Shown here: piece after piece, positions 8,571-19,200 of the stretch
Layout of the letters: every line of letters begins with the position of its first letter
Position numbering within the stretch: the first letter of the stretch is position 1
Assembly (NCBI GenBank): GCA_051652765.1
Contig: JBOFUV010000019.1
Location: 1-64,000 of the forward strand
DNA from: Microcoleaceae cyanobacterium
GTDB taxonomy: Bacteria > Cyanobacteriota > Cyanobacteriia > Cyanobacteriales > Microcoleaceae
Direction of reading: 5' to 3'
DNA: 64,000 bases
The notes under the pieces: model-generated
Told to the model about the DNA's origin: nothing
Seen by the model: only the letters and a program-made list of their open reading frames with translations
Databases searched by the model: none
Translations under genes and position numbers: made by a program

Positions 8571-9683
8571 CTAGAAGGGGAAGCCTCCATCTTGTTTGGG
8601 TGGCACAATATAGTCAGACGCAATCGGCTGTGCTTTACCTGCTTTAACTCGGGCTTGATGCAGCATTACTGCAACTTCTGCCCGAGTTGCAGGTTGATTG
8701 GGGTTCAACGTTTGAACCTCAGGGTAATTGACAACTAACCCGGCTTGAGTGGCTGCCGCAATCTTTTCCATGGCCCACTTGGGAATCTGATCAGCATCCT
8801 TGTACCCTCTAAGAATCGCCTCTGGATTCTTGGGAGGTTCAAGTTCTAGGCCACTCACAAGAGCAACTAATACCTGCATTCGAGGAACTGGTTGCTCAGG
8901 TTGAAACACTTCCCCTGGATACCCTTTCATGAAGCCTGTCCGGGTTGCTTCTTGAATAGCCTGTGCCCCCTCGTAGCCACTGGGGACATCCTTAAACGCA
9001 ATACTGACTTCTTCCCTAGGGGGTTCAAATGTATTTTCAATCTGAGTTGCGAGTTCTCCCCGAGTGACCATTTGCTCTGGCTTAAAGCTGCCATCTGCAA
9101 AGATGCCCATTAGATTCTGCTCTGTTGCTGACTCAATAAACTCCTCTGCCCAGTAATTCTCTGCTACATCAGGGTACTTGACCAGGGAAGATTTCAATGG
9201 TGGAGATGGAGCAGCTTGAGGAGATTCAGTGGGTGTGGCCGCTGGGCTGGGAGAAATCTGGGTTTTCACAACCTCTGGTTTCCCAACAGAAGAGTCTTTG
9301 GCCCCAGGGATCACAGCAGAGCTAACAACCGCCCCTGTTGTTGATGCTCTATCTGACAATGGGTTTGAGGCTTGCACGTCCAGGGAGGAACGAGAGAGTG
9401 GCTCTGGCCTAGTTGTTTTAGGGCGGCTCGAACTTAACGGAGAAAAAGAATTGTCTAAATTCCTAGACAGACTCAAACTGTCTGCACCAATCGGTTGAGA
9501 TACAAGCTGATTGACTGAACCCGAGGAAGAAAAGCTCCATCGTTCAGTCCGACCAAAAATCCAGAAGAAAATACTTCCAAGGGCCAAGAGGGATACTAAC
9601 ACAGCTATCCACTCATCGTTGACTCGAGCAGCAGAACGAGAGCGCACCTGAGAAGTTGATTCTGGAGGAGGTGATTGTGTCAT
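8571..9683 (-). CDS. Membrane-anchored S-layer homology (SLH) domain protein
   Basis: N-terminal TM, Ser/Pro linker and three SLH repeats (YPDVAENYWA..FKPEQMVTRGE; FKDVPSGY..FQPEQPVPR; LNPNQPATRAE). Confidence 0.9.
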   Translation of the reverse strand: MTQSPPPESTSQVRSRSAARVNDEWIAVLVSLLALGSIFFWIFGRTERWSFSSSGSVNQLVSQPIGADSLSLSRNLDNSFSPLSSSRPKTTRPEPLSRSSLDVQASNPLSDRASTTGAVVSSAVIPGAKDSSVGKPEVVKTQISPSPAATPTESPQAAPSPPLKSSLVKYPDVAENYWAEEFIESATEQNLMGIFADGSFKPEQMVTRGELATQIENTFEPPREEVSIAFKDVPSGYEGAQAIQEATRTGFMKGYPGEVFQPEQPVPRMQVLVALVSGLELEPPKNPEAILRGYKDADQIPKWAMEKIAAATQAGLVVNYPEVQTLNPNQPATRAEVAVMLHQARVKAGKAQPIASDYIVPPKQDGGFPF

Positions 9684-9923
9684 AACATTCTGTATATACA
9701 AGATTACGCATTCAGATTACCCCCTCTGATTAACCCTGACAATTCACCCAGAAACCCAAAAATCAACAAAAGAGTAACGGAAAGCCAAGCGTAGAAGACC
9801 TCTTGGAAGTTGAACTGCCAAACAAGAATTTAACAATTATTATTTCCTGCTTGACGCTTTGCGGTCTTCTATCTCTCGCTCTCTGCTTTGCTGTACTTTT
9901 TCCAACCTTAAGATCAAATCATC

Positions 9924-11225
9924 CTAAAGCTGCTCGTTGACCGCTAGGGGACGAGTGATAGAGCTTGCCGTCAGTAGATCAACAGCCTGTGAGTAATACG
10001 GATCTTCAGGAGTTCCCAAAAGATTTGGATCGCCCACTAACTGTTTTTTCTGATTGTCAGTCAGCTCTAGTTTAACGTCAGGGGTCACACCCTTTTTACT
10101 GATATCAGTCCCACTAGGAGTATAGTAGTGAGCGATCGTTACTGCCAAGCCCGAACCATCAGAGAGGGCAAAAACGGACTGAACTAACGCTTTGCCAAAA
10201 GTCTGATCGCCCATGACAACGGCTCGACGGTTATCCTTCATCGCCCCTGCCAGGATTTCACTGGCACTAGCAGAATCTCCATCTACCAGCACAACCGTTG
10301 GAGATTTAGCTAGGGCTGTGCGGTTGGCGAACACCTCCTGGGTCTCACCGTCCCGATCCACAGTACTGACAATTGCTCCACTATCAAGCCACATGCGAGC
10401 GATCTCAATACTACTCCGGAGTAGCCCACCTGGATTGCCCCTCAGATCTAACACGAAAGCATCCACGTTCTGCTCATTGAGTTCCTTGATTGCGGCTTCC
10501 ATTTGCTCGGCTGCATGGGAGTTGAATTCTCGCAGTTGAATGTATCCAATGCGACGATCTCCCTCCTGATTTAGTCGATGACGTACCGCTTCAAGTTCAA
10601 TTCGAGCACGGGTGAGGATGACTTCAAAGTCACTTTGGTCTTGACGTCCAAGTTTAACTGAAACGTCAGTCCCAACTGCCCCTCGGATTTTTTCCGCTGC
10701 TTTATCGACGGTCATTCCCTCGGTGGATTGACCATCAATGGCTAGGATGCGATCGCCCGGTTTGATGCCCGCTTTAATCGCAGGAGAATTCTTGATCGGT
10801 TCAACAACAATAATGGCTTGAGTGGCTTCGTCCAGTTTCAGGCGCATTCCCACTCCGGAAAGTTCACCCGAGGTTTGATTTGTGAGCTGCTCATACTGCT
10901 TTGGATCCATAAAACGAGTGTAAGGGTCGTTTAACAGATCCAATGCCTTCCGCAAGGCAGAATAGGCTTGCTCCTGAGACGTATACTCTTGGCTGAGTAG
11001 GTCTTCCCGAATAGCTTGCCAATTTTGTTTATTGAACGTTGAATCAACGTATTCTCGGTAAACAATCTGCCAAGCTTCATCAATCAGAGCCTTGGGGCTG
11101 TTTTGCAACGCCGCATTCACAGGGTTATGACTAATCCCTGGAATAACCAAAGTAGAAACTGCCGCGATCGCCCCTCCTAGAAGGGCTGTCTGGAATCGAG
11201 AAAAGAGTTGTGCGTCGTGGTTCAT
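9924..11225 (-). CDS. ctpB: C-terminal processing peptidase (S41A), CtpB-type
   Basis: DPYTRFM, PDZ domain, LDLRGNPGG, SASASEILAGA and TFGKALVQ motifs. Confidence 0.85.
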   Translation of the reverse strand: MNHDAQLFSRFQTALLGGAIAAVSTLVIPGISHNPVNAALQNSPKALIDEAWQIVYREYVDSTFNKQNWQAIREDLLSQEYTSQEQAYSALRKALDLLNDPYTRFMDPKQYEQLTNQTSGELSGVGMRLKLDEATQAIIVVEPIKNSPAIKAGIKPGDRILAIDGQSTEGMTVDKAAEKIRGAVGTDVSVKLGRQDQSDFEVILTRARIELEAVRHRLNQEGDRRIGYIQLREFNSHAAEQMEAAIKELNEQNVDAFVLDLRGNPGGLLRSSIEIARMWLDSGAIVSTVDRDGETQEVFANRTALAKSPTVVLVDGDSASASEILAGAMKDNRRAVVMGDQTFGKALVQSVFALSDGSGLAVTIAHYYTPSGTDISKKGVTPDVKLELTDNQKKQLVGDPNLLGTPEDPYYSQAVDLLTASSITRPLAVNEQL

Positions 11226-11308
11226 TGAGTAGTCCTCGTTACTCCATTCCCAACTTGATTGAAATAACTGTAGCCCTTCGTCCTAGCATGAGGTAAAACA
11301 CTTCTGAA

Positions 11309-11324
11309 TGTAGCATATCCTACA
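11309..11324. promoter_or_regulatory. Candidate NtcA site TGTA-N8-TACA
   Basis: TGTAGCATATCCTACA, ~85 bp upstream of ctpB; no clean -10 at the canonical spacing. Confidence 0.4.
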
Positions 11325-11698
11325 CCCCTCAATGCCCTACCTGATGTAGAGATTAGTTGCTACAGTCAGACCCGTTGGGAATAACAGCCTGATTCAATTT
11401 TGTACCGATAAATAGCCTGTCAAACAGTATGTTCAGAAACACTTCAAGTCCAAGAGACAATTTTTTCTCAACCAATCAGAGAAATCTGCAACCCAAAATA
11501 CAGATTCCTTCTAACTCCTGGTTAGATGGAATCGGATGCAGACTAACTTGCTCTCCTCAAATAGACCCCTGAAAGAAACCTAGTTGAGCCTTAAAGTAAT
11601 CTTCACTTCTACCAGTGTAACTAGACTTTTCTAAGATGAATAAAGTTGCTATGTTAACATTCTTAAAAATTTCTCTTAAAATTTCCTGAACAATAGGT

Positions 11699-12517
11699 GT
11701 GAATCTTACAACAAACGCTTTTCCTTGGGTCAAATGGCGGGGCTTAGTACCCCTAGGAATCTTTCTGGCAGCCATTTTGGGGGTGATTACTGTGCAACTT
11801 TATGCCCCCGGAGGATTCAAGATTCAACGGGCACAGACGATCTCAAGCCCACAATCCCTCGCTGCTGCTCAAACCGCAGACCAACAACAGGCGGTTCAGC
11901 TCCAATTGCTCAAAACCCTCCCGCACTTTGGGTTTGAGAACTTGCTGGCAGATTGGACATTTCTGAACTTTCTCCAATACTTTGGAGATGAGGCCCTGCG
12001 GGAGAAATTGGGCTACCAACTCAATGACGACTACTTTGATGTGATCACGGCCCTTGACCCTCGCTGGGTGGAAATTTATATTTTCCTCTCTACCTCTGTG
12101 TCCTTTTACCAGGGGCAGCCCGAAACTGCTGTCAAATTCATGGAGCGGGGAACGAATGCCCTCTCTCCAGGTCGCCCGCCGGAGGCATGGCTTGTCTGGC
12201 GAATTAAGGCCATTGACCAACTGTTGCTCGTCGGGGATACGGCAGGAGCAGTTCACTCCCTGGAAATGGCGGCAAACTGGGCAGAGAATACCCGTTACAA
12301 AGACTTTGCACCTCAATTTCGGCAGGCCGCCCAAACCCTGAAAGACAATCCAGACAATCTCTTGATACGAATGAATGCCTGGTTGTCCGTCTACTCGCAA
12401 AGCACAGACAAACGAGTTCAAGCCCGGGCGATGCGAGAGCTGATTGACTTAGGAGTCAAGTCCCAGGTCGATGCAGAGGGAAACGTAAAATTCATCTTGC
12501 CTGCCGATCCCCAGTAA
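11699..12517 (+). CDS. Conserved hypothetical membrane-anchored helical protein
   Basis: N-terminal TM; FGFENLLADWTFLNFLQYFGD block; TPR-like helices. Confidence 0.75.
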   Translation: MNLTTNAFPWVKWRGLVPLGIFLAAILGVITVQLYAPGGFKIQRAQTISSPQSLAAAQTADQQQAVQLQLLKTLPHFGFENLLADWTFLNFLQYFGDEALREKLGYQLNDDYFDVITALDPRWVEIYIFLSTSVSFYQGQPETAVKFMERGTNALSPGRPPEAWLVWRIKAIDQLLLVGDTAGAVHSLEMAANWAENTRYKDFAPQFRQAAQTLKDNPDNLLIRMNAWLSVYSQSTDKRVQARAMRELIDLGVKSQVDAEGNVKFILPADPQ

Positions 12518-12574
12518 CTTAATCTTACAAAGTGTTGACATCGTGAGTCACGTCGTTCAAGCGCAGGGGACGCA

Positions 12575-13015
12575 ATGGGAAGATATATCGAGTGTATTGC
12601 CAAAGAACAGTGGGAAATTGTTTGGAAGTATGGCTTTGAACCCCAAAACTCTGAAATGCATCGCATTCCTCAAGAGTTGGGTCTAGGTCAATATCGATGG
12701 GTGGGAGCCGTGTGTGAAGAAAAACAAGAAGTAGAAGAACTGGCTGCTTTGGGGATGACAGAGTTTTGGCCCATGGAATTCTACGAAGACGGGCAATTGA
12801 CAGTTTCTTACGTCTTTTACATCGATCAGATAGAGAAAGCCATTGGGGATGAATTGCGACTCACCCGTCTTGATTTTGCACCATTGGGACAACAGTTGGA
12901 GGGTTTAAAACAGCAGAGGAACTATGAACCCTTCGTGCTTATGGTTGAAGCCCTGTGGAACTTTATGAATGCCCATCCCAACCAGGAAGAGTTCTTCTTT
13001 GAAGGTGAGTTTTAA
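12575..13015 (+). CDS. Hypothetical acidic protein (146 aa)
   Basis: ATG with GGGGA upstream; fills the gap between genes; no recognised family. Confidence 0.65.
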   Translation: MGRYIECIAKEQWEIVWKYGFEPQNSEMHRIPQELGLGQYRWVGAVCEEKQEVEELAALGMTEFWPMEFYEDGQLTVSYVFYIDQIEKAIGDELRLTRLDFAPLGQQLEGLKQQRNYEPFVLMVEALWNFMNAHPNQEEFFFEGEF

Positions 13016-13033
13016 CAATTGGCCTTGAATCAG

Positions 13034-14215
13034 TCAACTGGGAGAATGTTGTACCAACCAGCGATGCAAGCCCACCATCACAAATGCTAACGGCAGCATC
13101 AGCACAGGGATAATCTCTAACCCTGCCCAACTTGCCAACCAACCCAACCCCGTTGGTACGACCGCTGCCCCAAAACTCCCTGCACTGGTTGCAAAGCTGA
13201 CAGCAGCAGGAACCAACGCACTGGGGACTCGTTTTGGAATTAACCAGATCGTCGTGGGAAAGATCGGCGCTAAAGCAAAGCCGATCAGCGGCAGGCTGAT
13301 CCAAAGGTTCGGTAGTCGCCACCAAGCAACTAGGCCAATCATCAGCAGACACAGGGACAAACTAATTGTACGAATTGCGCCGAGTCGCCCTAAAAAATAG
13401 CTGAGGCTAAAACGGCCTACAGTTAGCCCTAGCCAGTAGGCACTAACACTGTATCCGGCCAAGAGTTCAGGCATATTGCGGGCAACGGACTGCACAGTAT
13501 AGGCCCAGTTTCCAATGGCTGCTTCCACGCCGACATAGACTAACAACAGCAAACCCGTCAGGAGAATTGCAGGAGTCCTGAGGGATTGCTGCAAGTTTTC
13601 AAAGGCGTTGGTCTGAGATAAAGTCCCCCGGACAGTCATCGGTGGATAGCGGCAGAGAATTACGCCCAACAGACCTACAATCAACAGACTAACAATCCCA
13701 GCCAAAACCAGATAGACCTGTCGCCAGTTCATCCCTATCCCTAACAAAGTGGTTGCGATCGCTGGGCCTAAAAGAGCACCAACACCATAAAATCCATGGA
13801 GCCAGCCAATCAAATCAGCACTGCGCCCAGCCTGTACAATATAAGTATTAATACCTGCATCGATCAGGCCAATTCCCAATCCCAGCAAGGTTCCAGCGGC
13901 AACCATCAGCAACCAGTTCGGAGCTAAGGCATAGATCACTAAGGCCATCGTCAGGGCGATCGCCGCAAGCAATAGCATTCGTGCTAATCCCAGTTGGCTA
14001 CTCACCAGACTACTGCTAGATGCCGCTAGGATATAGCCACTAATTTGACTCAGAAACAGAAAGGTAACGGTTGCAGGGGTGAGTTGATAGGTAGACAGGA
14101 TGGAGGGGAGCAGAACACCCAATCCAGCCTCGGCAATGGCAATGGCAATGAAGGCATAAAAAGCGATCGCCACCCCGATCCATAGGGGCGGTGAATTGCG
14201 TTGATTGTGGGTCAT
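13034..14215 (-). CDS. MFS transporter
   Basis: About 12 TM segments; LHGFYGVGALLGP; 4-nt overlap with the kinase gene. Confidence 0.9.
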   Translation of the reverse strand: MTHNQRNSPPLWIGVAIAFYAFIAIAIAEAGLGVLLPSILSTYQLTPATVTFLFLSQISGYILAASSSSLVSSQLGLARMLLLAAIALTMALVIYALAPNWLLMVAAGTLLGLGIGLIDAGINTYIVQAGRSADLIGWLHGFYGVGALLGPAIATTLLGIGMNWRQVYLVLAGIVSLLIVGLLGVILCRYPPMTVRGTLSQTNAFENLQQSLRTPAILLTGLLLLVYVGVEAAIGNWAYTVQSVARNMPELLAGYSVSAYWLGLTVGRFSLSYFLGRLGAIRTISLSLCLLMIGLVAWWRLPNLWISLPLIGFALAPIFPTTIWLIPKRVPSALVPAAVSFATSAGSFGAAVVPTGLGWLASWAGLEIIPVLMLPLAFVMVGLHRWLVQHSPS

Positions 14216-15105
14216 ACTTCAGTTTGGTCTCTTGACCCCATCCATTGTCGAGTTCCAAAAAACTGGCAAGAGTGGGAAGCAACGGCAGCAGCGGAGTTCA
14301 GGGCTGGAACAAAGGGTTGCTGCAAAATCTCGTGACAAAATGCCCCATGAAAAATATCCCCCGCCCCCAAACTATCTAAACAGTGAATCGGCGGAATCGT
14401 TAAAGATCCGGGCTTGCCTTGATCCAGGAATTGAATCGGAGATTCCCCCTGAGTGATCGCAATAAACGGAATTTTAAACTGGTTCAGATAGGCAAAGACT
14501 TCTGCTTGAGTCTGACAGTGGGGCGGATAGAAATTTGCCGAACAAATCGCGTAATCTACCCAAGGCAAGAGAGCCTCCAAGCCGAGCTTCCAACTGCCCC
14601 CGTCCAAAACCACTGGAATATTCTGCCGTCGTGCCTGTTGAGCAATAACTTCACTCACCGCCATCTGATGACCATCCATCAAAACCACTTGAACATCTTG
14701 AAGCGCCTGTTCTGGAATAGCTTGAGGAGATGCTTGAGATTTGATCGCATTGATCGAAACAACAGTGCGATCGCCCGTACCTTGAGAGACAATAATGGAA
14801 GAAACCGGGGGCGGTTCAGGACGGTCAGGATCAAGATCGAGTACTGTAACGTTCTGCTGTTGCAAATCCGCGTGAATCAGTTGGGTAATCGGATGAATAC
14901 CAACAACCCCCCACAGCAACGCCCAATTTCCCAAATAGCTAAAGGTCACGGCAGCATTGGTTGCTGGGCCACCAGCAGCTACAGTATAGTCAGAGGCAAC
15001 GATCTTCTGATTCCGGTTTGGATATTCTGCTACACCGTAGATGAAATCCAGGGTTACTAATCCCACGAACAACCCCTGGTTTCTCTGTTGATCTTGGTCA
15101 GTCAT
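14212..15105 (-). CDS. PfkB/ribokinase-family sugar kinase
   Basis: AGGPATNAA and DSLGAGDIFHGAF motifs. Confidence 0.92.
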   Translation of the reverse strand: MTDQDQQRNQGLFVGLVTLDFIYGVAEYPNRNQKIVASDYTVAAGGPATNAAVTFSYLGNWALLWGVVGIHPITQLIHADLQQQNVTVLDLDPDRPEPPPVSSIIVSQGTGDRTVVSINAIKSQASPQAIPEQALQDVQVVLMDGHQMAVSEVIAQQARRQNIPVVLDGGSWKLGLEALLPWVDYAICSANFYPPHCQTQAEVFAYLNQFKIPFIAITQGESPIQFLDQGKPGSLTIPPIHCLDSLGAGDIFHGAFCHEILQQPFVPALNSAAAVASHSCQFFGTRQWMGSRDQTEV

Positions 15106-15124
15106 GTAAGTTTAAGGTTGATAG

Positions 15125-15973
15125 ATGAACCCTGAATCCGGAACCCTCTACGTTGTGGGGACTCCCATTGGTAATCTTGATGATATGACGTTCCGGGCTG
15201 TGAACATCCTGCGGTTAGTGGATTTGATTGCTGCCGAGGATACTCGCCACACGGGCAAGTTGCTCCATCACTTTCAGATTCAAACCCCCCAACTCAGCTA
15301 CTATACCCATAACCAACACCGTCGGATTCCAGAATTACTGGAACGATTGCACCAGGGAACCTCAATTGCCCTCGTAACCGATGCTGGAATGCCAGGAATC
15401 TCAGATCCAGGCAGTGAACTGGTGCAAGCCTGTGTCATGGCCCAAATTCCTGTGATCCCCATTCCTGGCAGCAGCGCCAGTCTCACCGCCTTAAGTGCGT
15501 CGGGATTGGCAACCGAGCGGTTTACCTTTGAAGGATTTCTCCCGGTCAAGGGCAAGGAACGTCAGCAACAGCTTGAAGAACTGCGATCGCAGGTTCGCAC
15601 GATGATTCTTTATGAAGCCCCTCACCGGGTTCAAAAAACGTTGCAGGATTTACTCCAGGTTCTCAATCCTGAACGTTCAATTGTAGTGGCCAGGGAATTA
15701 ACAAAGCTTCATGAAGAGTTTTGGCGGGGAACGCTGGCTGAGGCGATCGCCTATTACAGTCAGCAGGAACCGAGGGGAGAATTCACCCTAGTGATTGCCG
15801 GAGCTGAACCCATTCCTGTGGAATTTTCAGAAGCCATGGTGCGGACTGAATTGCAGGAGTTGTTGCAACAAGGATTGTCTCGCTCCCAAGCCAGCCGTCA
15901 ATTGGCTCAACTTACCGCCTTGTCTCGACGACAAATTTACCAGATTGCCCTGACCCTGTCCGCAGAGGATTGA
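15125..15973 (+). CDS. rsmI: 16S rRNA (cytidine1402-2'-O)-methyltransferase
   Basis: LYVVGTPIGNL, AAEDTRHT, DAGMPGISDPG and RELTKLHEE motifs. Confidence 0.95.
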   Translation: MNPESGTLYVVGTPIGNLDDMTFRAVNILRLVDLIAAEDTRHTGKLLHHFQIQTPQLSYYTHNQHRRIPELLERLHQGTSIALVTDAGMPGISDPGSELVQACVMAQIPVIPIPGSSASLTALSASGLATERFTFEGFLPVKGKERQQQLEELRSQVRTMILYEAPHRVQKTLQDLLQVLNPERSIVVARELTKLHEEFWRGTLAEAIAYYSQQEPRGEFTLVIAGAEPIPVEFSEAMVRTELQELLQQGLSRSQASRQLAQLTALSRRQIYQIALTLSAED

Positions 15974-16032
15974 CCTTCAGAACCAGAACCTTCAGAACCA
16001 GAACCTTCAGAACCAGAACCTTCAGAACCAGA
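15973..16032. repeat. Perfect tandem repeat, 15 bp x4 (ACCTTCAGAACCAGA)
   Basis: Begins at the rsmI stop codon. Confidence 0.95.
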
Positions 16033-16056
16033 GCAAATAGCACTTTCAAAGTACTT

Positions 16057-16476
16057 TTATGGTGCTTTCTGAGCGGAAACGCCCAGCGAAGCAAATTCCC
16101 AATCAGGCCGAAGATCCTTGGCCCCTCGCAGGTAAGGGTGATGCACTGGAGTCTGATCGACAGGCAGATTGACATGGGCGAGAAACCGAATACATCGCTC
16201 CAGACTGCCTTTGACATACATTTGCTGCACGTCCAATAGGGGAACATTGTTCCAGTAGGGACGCTCACGGGCGATCGCCGCTGGAAAAGTCGCATCCAAA
16301 TCACGGGTCACAGAAAACGTTACACTGATAATTTGTTCAGGATGAAGATGATTGCAAGTTTCCAGTTCTTCCAGTAACTCCAACACTGCCTCTCGCATGG
16401 CTTCAGTGGAATTTTCAGTCACAGTGGTTGCCCCACGAATTGCCTGAACTCGCCAGTCTACAAAGTCTTCTCCCAT
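16057..16476 (-). CDS. aroH: Chorismate mutase (AroH class)
   Basis: WRVQAIRGATT, FSVTRDLDATFPA and YLRGAKDLRPDW motifs; ATG at 16476 preferred. Confidence 0.92.
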   Translation of the reverse strand: MGEDFVDWRVQAIRGATTVTENSTEAMREAVLELLEELETCNHLHPEQIISVTFSVTRDLDATFPAAIARERPYWNNVPLLDVQQMYVKGSLERCIRFLAHVNLPVDQTPVHHPYLRGAKDLRPDWEFASLGVSAQKAP

Positions 16477-16582
16477 TTGCCAAGCCCTTAAATCCCATGA
16501 GTGAGTCAATCCCATGAGTTCGCTATCGCGTCCTCACCCTACAAGTTTACTCCAACCCTTTCGTTCCAGAGCCGACTTGAAA

Positions 16583-17401
16583 TTACGGTCTGTAAAGCCA
16601 CAATGGCAAACCACTGGTTGAAAGCTCAAACTCTATCCAGCTTCTGGCATTCTCCAGTCCAGATGTCCCTAAGCTATTGTTTAAAACGCGGCTGAGGAAT
16701 GGCTTGGGTTTCTCCAAGGTGTCGCACACCACTTTCTCGGGGTCAAGCTTGGCTAATTCTGCTGCCCAGCGCCGAGCATCTTCTTCTGTGCCCAAGCGGT
16801 CAATCACCCCTAATTCTAAAGCCTGTTCTCCGGTGAAAATCCTACCATCTGCAAAGGTACGAACAGTGTCCTCGTTTAAGTTGCGAGAGGTTGCAACTGT
16901 AGAAACAAACTGCTGATAGCTGGTATCGATGAGTTCTTGCAAAATATGTTTTTCTGGGTCAGTCAACTCCCGGTCAAAGGCGAGAATATCTTTGTAGGGG
17001 CCGGACTTAATCACTTTGAAAGAAACACCAACCTTCTCAAGTAGCCGTTCTAGATTGTTTCCTCGCAGGATCACGCCAATACTGCCCGTAATTGTACCGG
17101 GATTGGCAACAATGTGTTCGGCTCCCATGCCAATATAAACTCCCCCAGACGCTGAAATATTGCCGAAGCTAGCAACAATCTTTGTCTTTTCCCGCAATTT
17201 CTGGAGCGCACTATAAATTTCTTGGGAATCCCCCACGGTTCCCCCAGGGCTATCAATCCGCAACAGTAGGGCTGGGTATTTGCGTTCTTCAACGGTCTTT
17301 AGTCCTTCTAGGACTCGCTTTCGGGTTTCGCTAGCAATCACACCTGTAATTTCAATCCGAGCAATCTGTTTCCGGTATCGCGGTTTGAATGGCCAAATCA
17401 T
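16583..17401 (-). CDS. sppA: Signal peptide peptidase SppA (short type)
   Basis: RIDSPGG, ASGGVYI, TGSIGV and KSGPYKD motifs. Confidence 0.93.
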   Translation of the reverse strand: MIWPFKPRYRKQIARIEITGVIASETRKRVLEGLKTVEERKYPALLLRIDSPGGTVGDSQEIYSALQKLREKTKIVASFGNISASGGVYIGMGAEHIVANPGTITGSIGVILRGNNLERLLEKVGVSFKVIKSGPYKDILAFDRELTDPEKHILQELIDTSYQQFVSTVATSRNLNEDTVRTFADGRIFTGEQALELGVIDRLGTEEDARRWAAELAKLDPEKVVCDTLEKPKPFLSRVLNNSLGTSGLENARSWIEFELSTSGLPLWLYRP

Positions 17402-17830
17402 AAGTGAATCAAATGGTTTTGAACGTTAGCTGGCTAAAATCTTAACTTTTTTAACCTATTCTTTAAGTTTATCGCAATATTCATGGGGTCATGGAGCCTC
17501 CGGGAATGTGGAGGATCGCCTTACGCCTTAATTCTGAACGTTCAGCACTTCCGAAAGAATCCTTCAACTTGAGCGCAGTGTAGTCGAAGGACTAGTCAAG
17601 AACTATTGTAATCTCACCATTCACAACTTTATCGGCCTGCTGAAATCAAACAATTTCTGTAGCTAATTGTATCGTTAAATCTGAGAAGCAAAATTTACAT
17701 TATTTCACATTATTTCACGTTATGCTGCTTAGCAAAGACCGGCTTAGATGAACTGCTTGAGACGCACTCTTACTGCTCTGTGAATCAGATTTTATCGGTA
17801 AATTCTTGGTCAGAAATTCTAGGTTCAGTC

Positions 17831-18118
17831 TTAGGAACTGCGTTGGTGCTGAAAGACGGCATAGGTATCAAATAGAGCCCCCACAAGGCTGAATGTTAAC
17901 CCAATGATGATCGTTCCCAACCAAGGCTGTCCGCTCCCAAAAACAGTCAAAAACTCCAGAATCTGATGGCTACAAAACTGCCCGACTGTTTCTAAGGTTG
18001 GTAAGTGCGCCACTAGAATAAAGCTCGCCAATCCACCGTGAATCAGAAGAACTGGAGCCAAGAAGCTCAGCAGCATCGTCAGTAGTAAAGAGCGAAGAAA
18101 GCCAAGGAAATGGTTCAT
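17831..18118 (-). CDS. Conserved small membrane hypothetical protein
   Basis: FLRSLLLT..FLTVFGSGQP..VGALFDTY; hydrophobic. Confidence 0.7.
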   Translation of the reverse strand: MNHFLGFLRSLLLTMLLSFLAPVLLIHGGLASFILVAHLPTLETVGQFCSHQILEFLTVFGSGQPWLGTIIIGLTFSLVGALFDTYAVFQHQRSS

Positions 18119-18314
18119 AAAATAAATCCTTAAGTGAATCCTTAAGTCTGCCCATGCCAAGTCAGTAAACCTGAGTCATCGATCTTTAAGATAGAAGCGA
18201 TCGCCCACTTTGTACCCAACCTACAGAAATCTTAAATTTATAGTCAAGAATCTTGTTTAAGATTTGTACATAGCTGTTATTTTTCTTTGTTATTTCTCAG
18301 CTAACGTGATTCCC

Positions 18315-19109
18315 TTGAGCAAGACAACAACTTCTTCTAGTTTTGGACTCTGGACACAGCGGTTTACTGCAGCCGTCTTTTTGGGTGGACAAGTGATGAT
18401 TCATGTCCTGAGGGGTAAGTTTAACCGTCGCAATACCCTAGAACAGATGGTGGTCGTTGGCCCTCAATCTCTTCTGATTGCGCTATTAACGGCAGGGTTT
18501 GTCGGTATGGTGTTCACGATTCAGGTGGCCCGAGAATTTATTAATCTTGGAGCAGGCAACTTTGTGGGAGGGGTATTGGCTTTATCATTGGCCCGAGAAC
18601 TCAGTCCAGTGTTAACGGCTGTTATTGTTGCTGGACGGGTTTGTTCGGCATTTGCAGCGGAATTGGGAACAATGCAGGTTACAGAGCAGATTGATGCACT
18701 GTATGTGCTACGCACAGATCCAGTCGATTACTTAGTCATTCCCCGAGTGATTGCCTGCTGTCTAATGCTTCCATTACTGTCAATTATTTGTTTGATTGTG
18801 GGGATTGCCGGAGGACTTGTCATTTCCAATCGACTGTACAATATTCCCGCAACTATTTTTCTAGATTCTGTCCGTAATTTTCTTACCGTTTGGGATTTGA
18901 TCAGTGCTGAGATCAAGTCTTTTATTTTTGGCGCAGTGATTGCAGTCGTCGGCACAAGTTGGGGGTTGACCACAACCGGAGGAGCCAAGGGTGTCGGAGA
19001 ATCAACAACCACCGCCGTTGTCACCGCGTTACTCTCTATTTTTATCCTGGACTTTTTCTTGTCTTGGATCATGTTTCAGGGAACGAGCAGTGCTTTAAAA
19101 GGAATTTAG
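18315..19109 (+). CDS. mlaE: MlaE-family lipid ABC permease (Ycf63-like)
   Basis: RELSPVLTA, AAELGTMQVTEQIDAL and GGAKGVG motifs; start codon uncertain. Confidence 0.9.
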   Translation: MSKTTTSSSFGLWTQRFTAAVFLGGQVMIHVLRGKFNRRNTLEQMVVVGPQSLLIALLTAGFVGMVFTIQVAREFINLGAGNFVGGVLALSLARELSPVLTAVIVAGRVCSAFAAELGTMQVTEQIDALYVLRTDPVDYLVIPRVIACCLMLPLLSIICLIVGIAGGLVISNRLYNIPATIFLDSVRNFLTVWDLISAEIKSFIFGAVIAVVGTSWGLTTTGGAKGVGESTTTAVVTALLSIFILDFFLSWIMFQGTSSALKGI

Positions 19110-19200
19110 TGAAGTGAATGACAGAGTCTTCAATCCTCTGGGATAGTCGTCCTGCCTATCCTGTCAAGTGGTTGTCCAAGGCATAGGCTAATCTAATCCA

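Noticed and set aside
14419..15060. 213-aa + strand ORF (similarly 11843-12421, 18728-19072, 40271-40681)
   Set aside because: Antisense to well-supported genes and without motifs.
15912..16304. ORFs with VLVLK/RTRTF repeats
   Set aside because: They are translations of the 15-bp tandem repeat and overlap aroH and rsmI.
17402..17830. Possible ncRNA (6S, Yfr or riboswitch) upstream of sppA; also considered at 29280-29540
   Set aside because: Only isolated short hairpins, with no family signature I could recognise.
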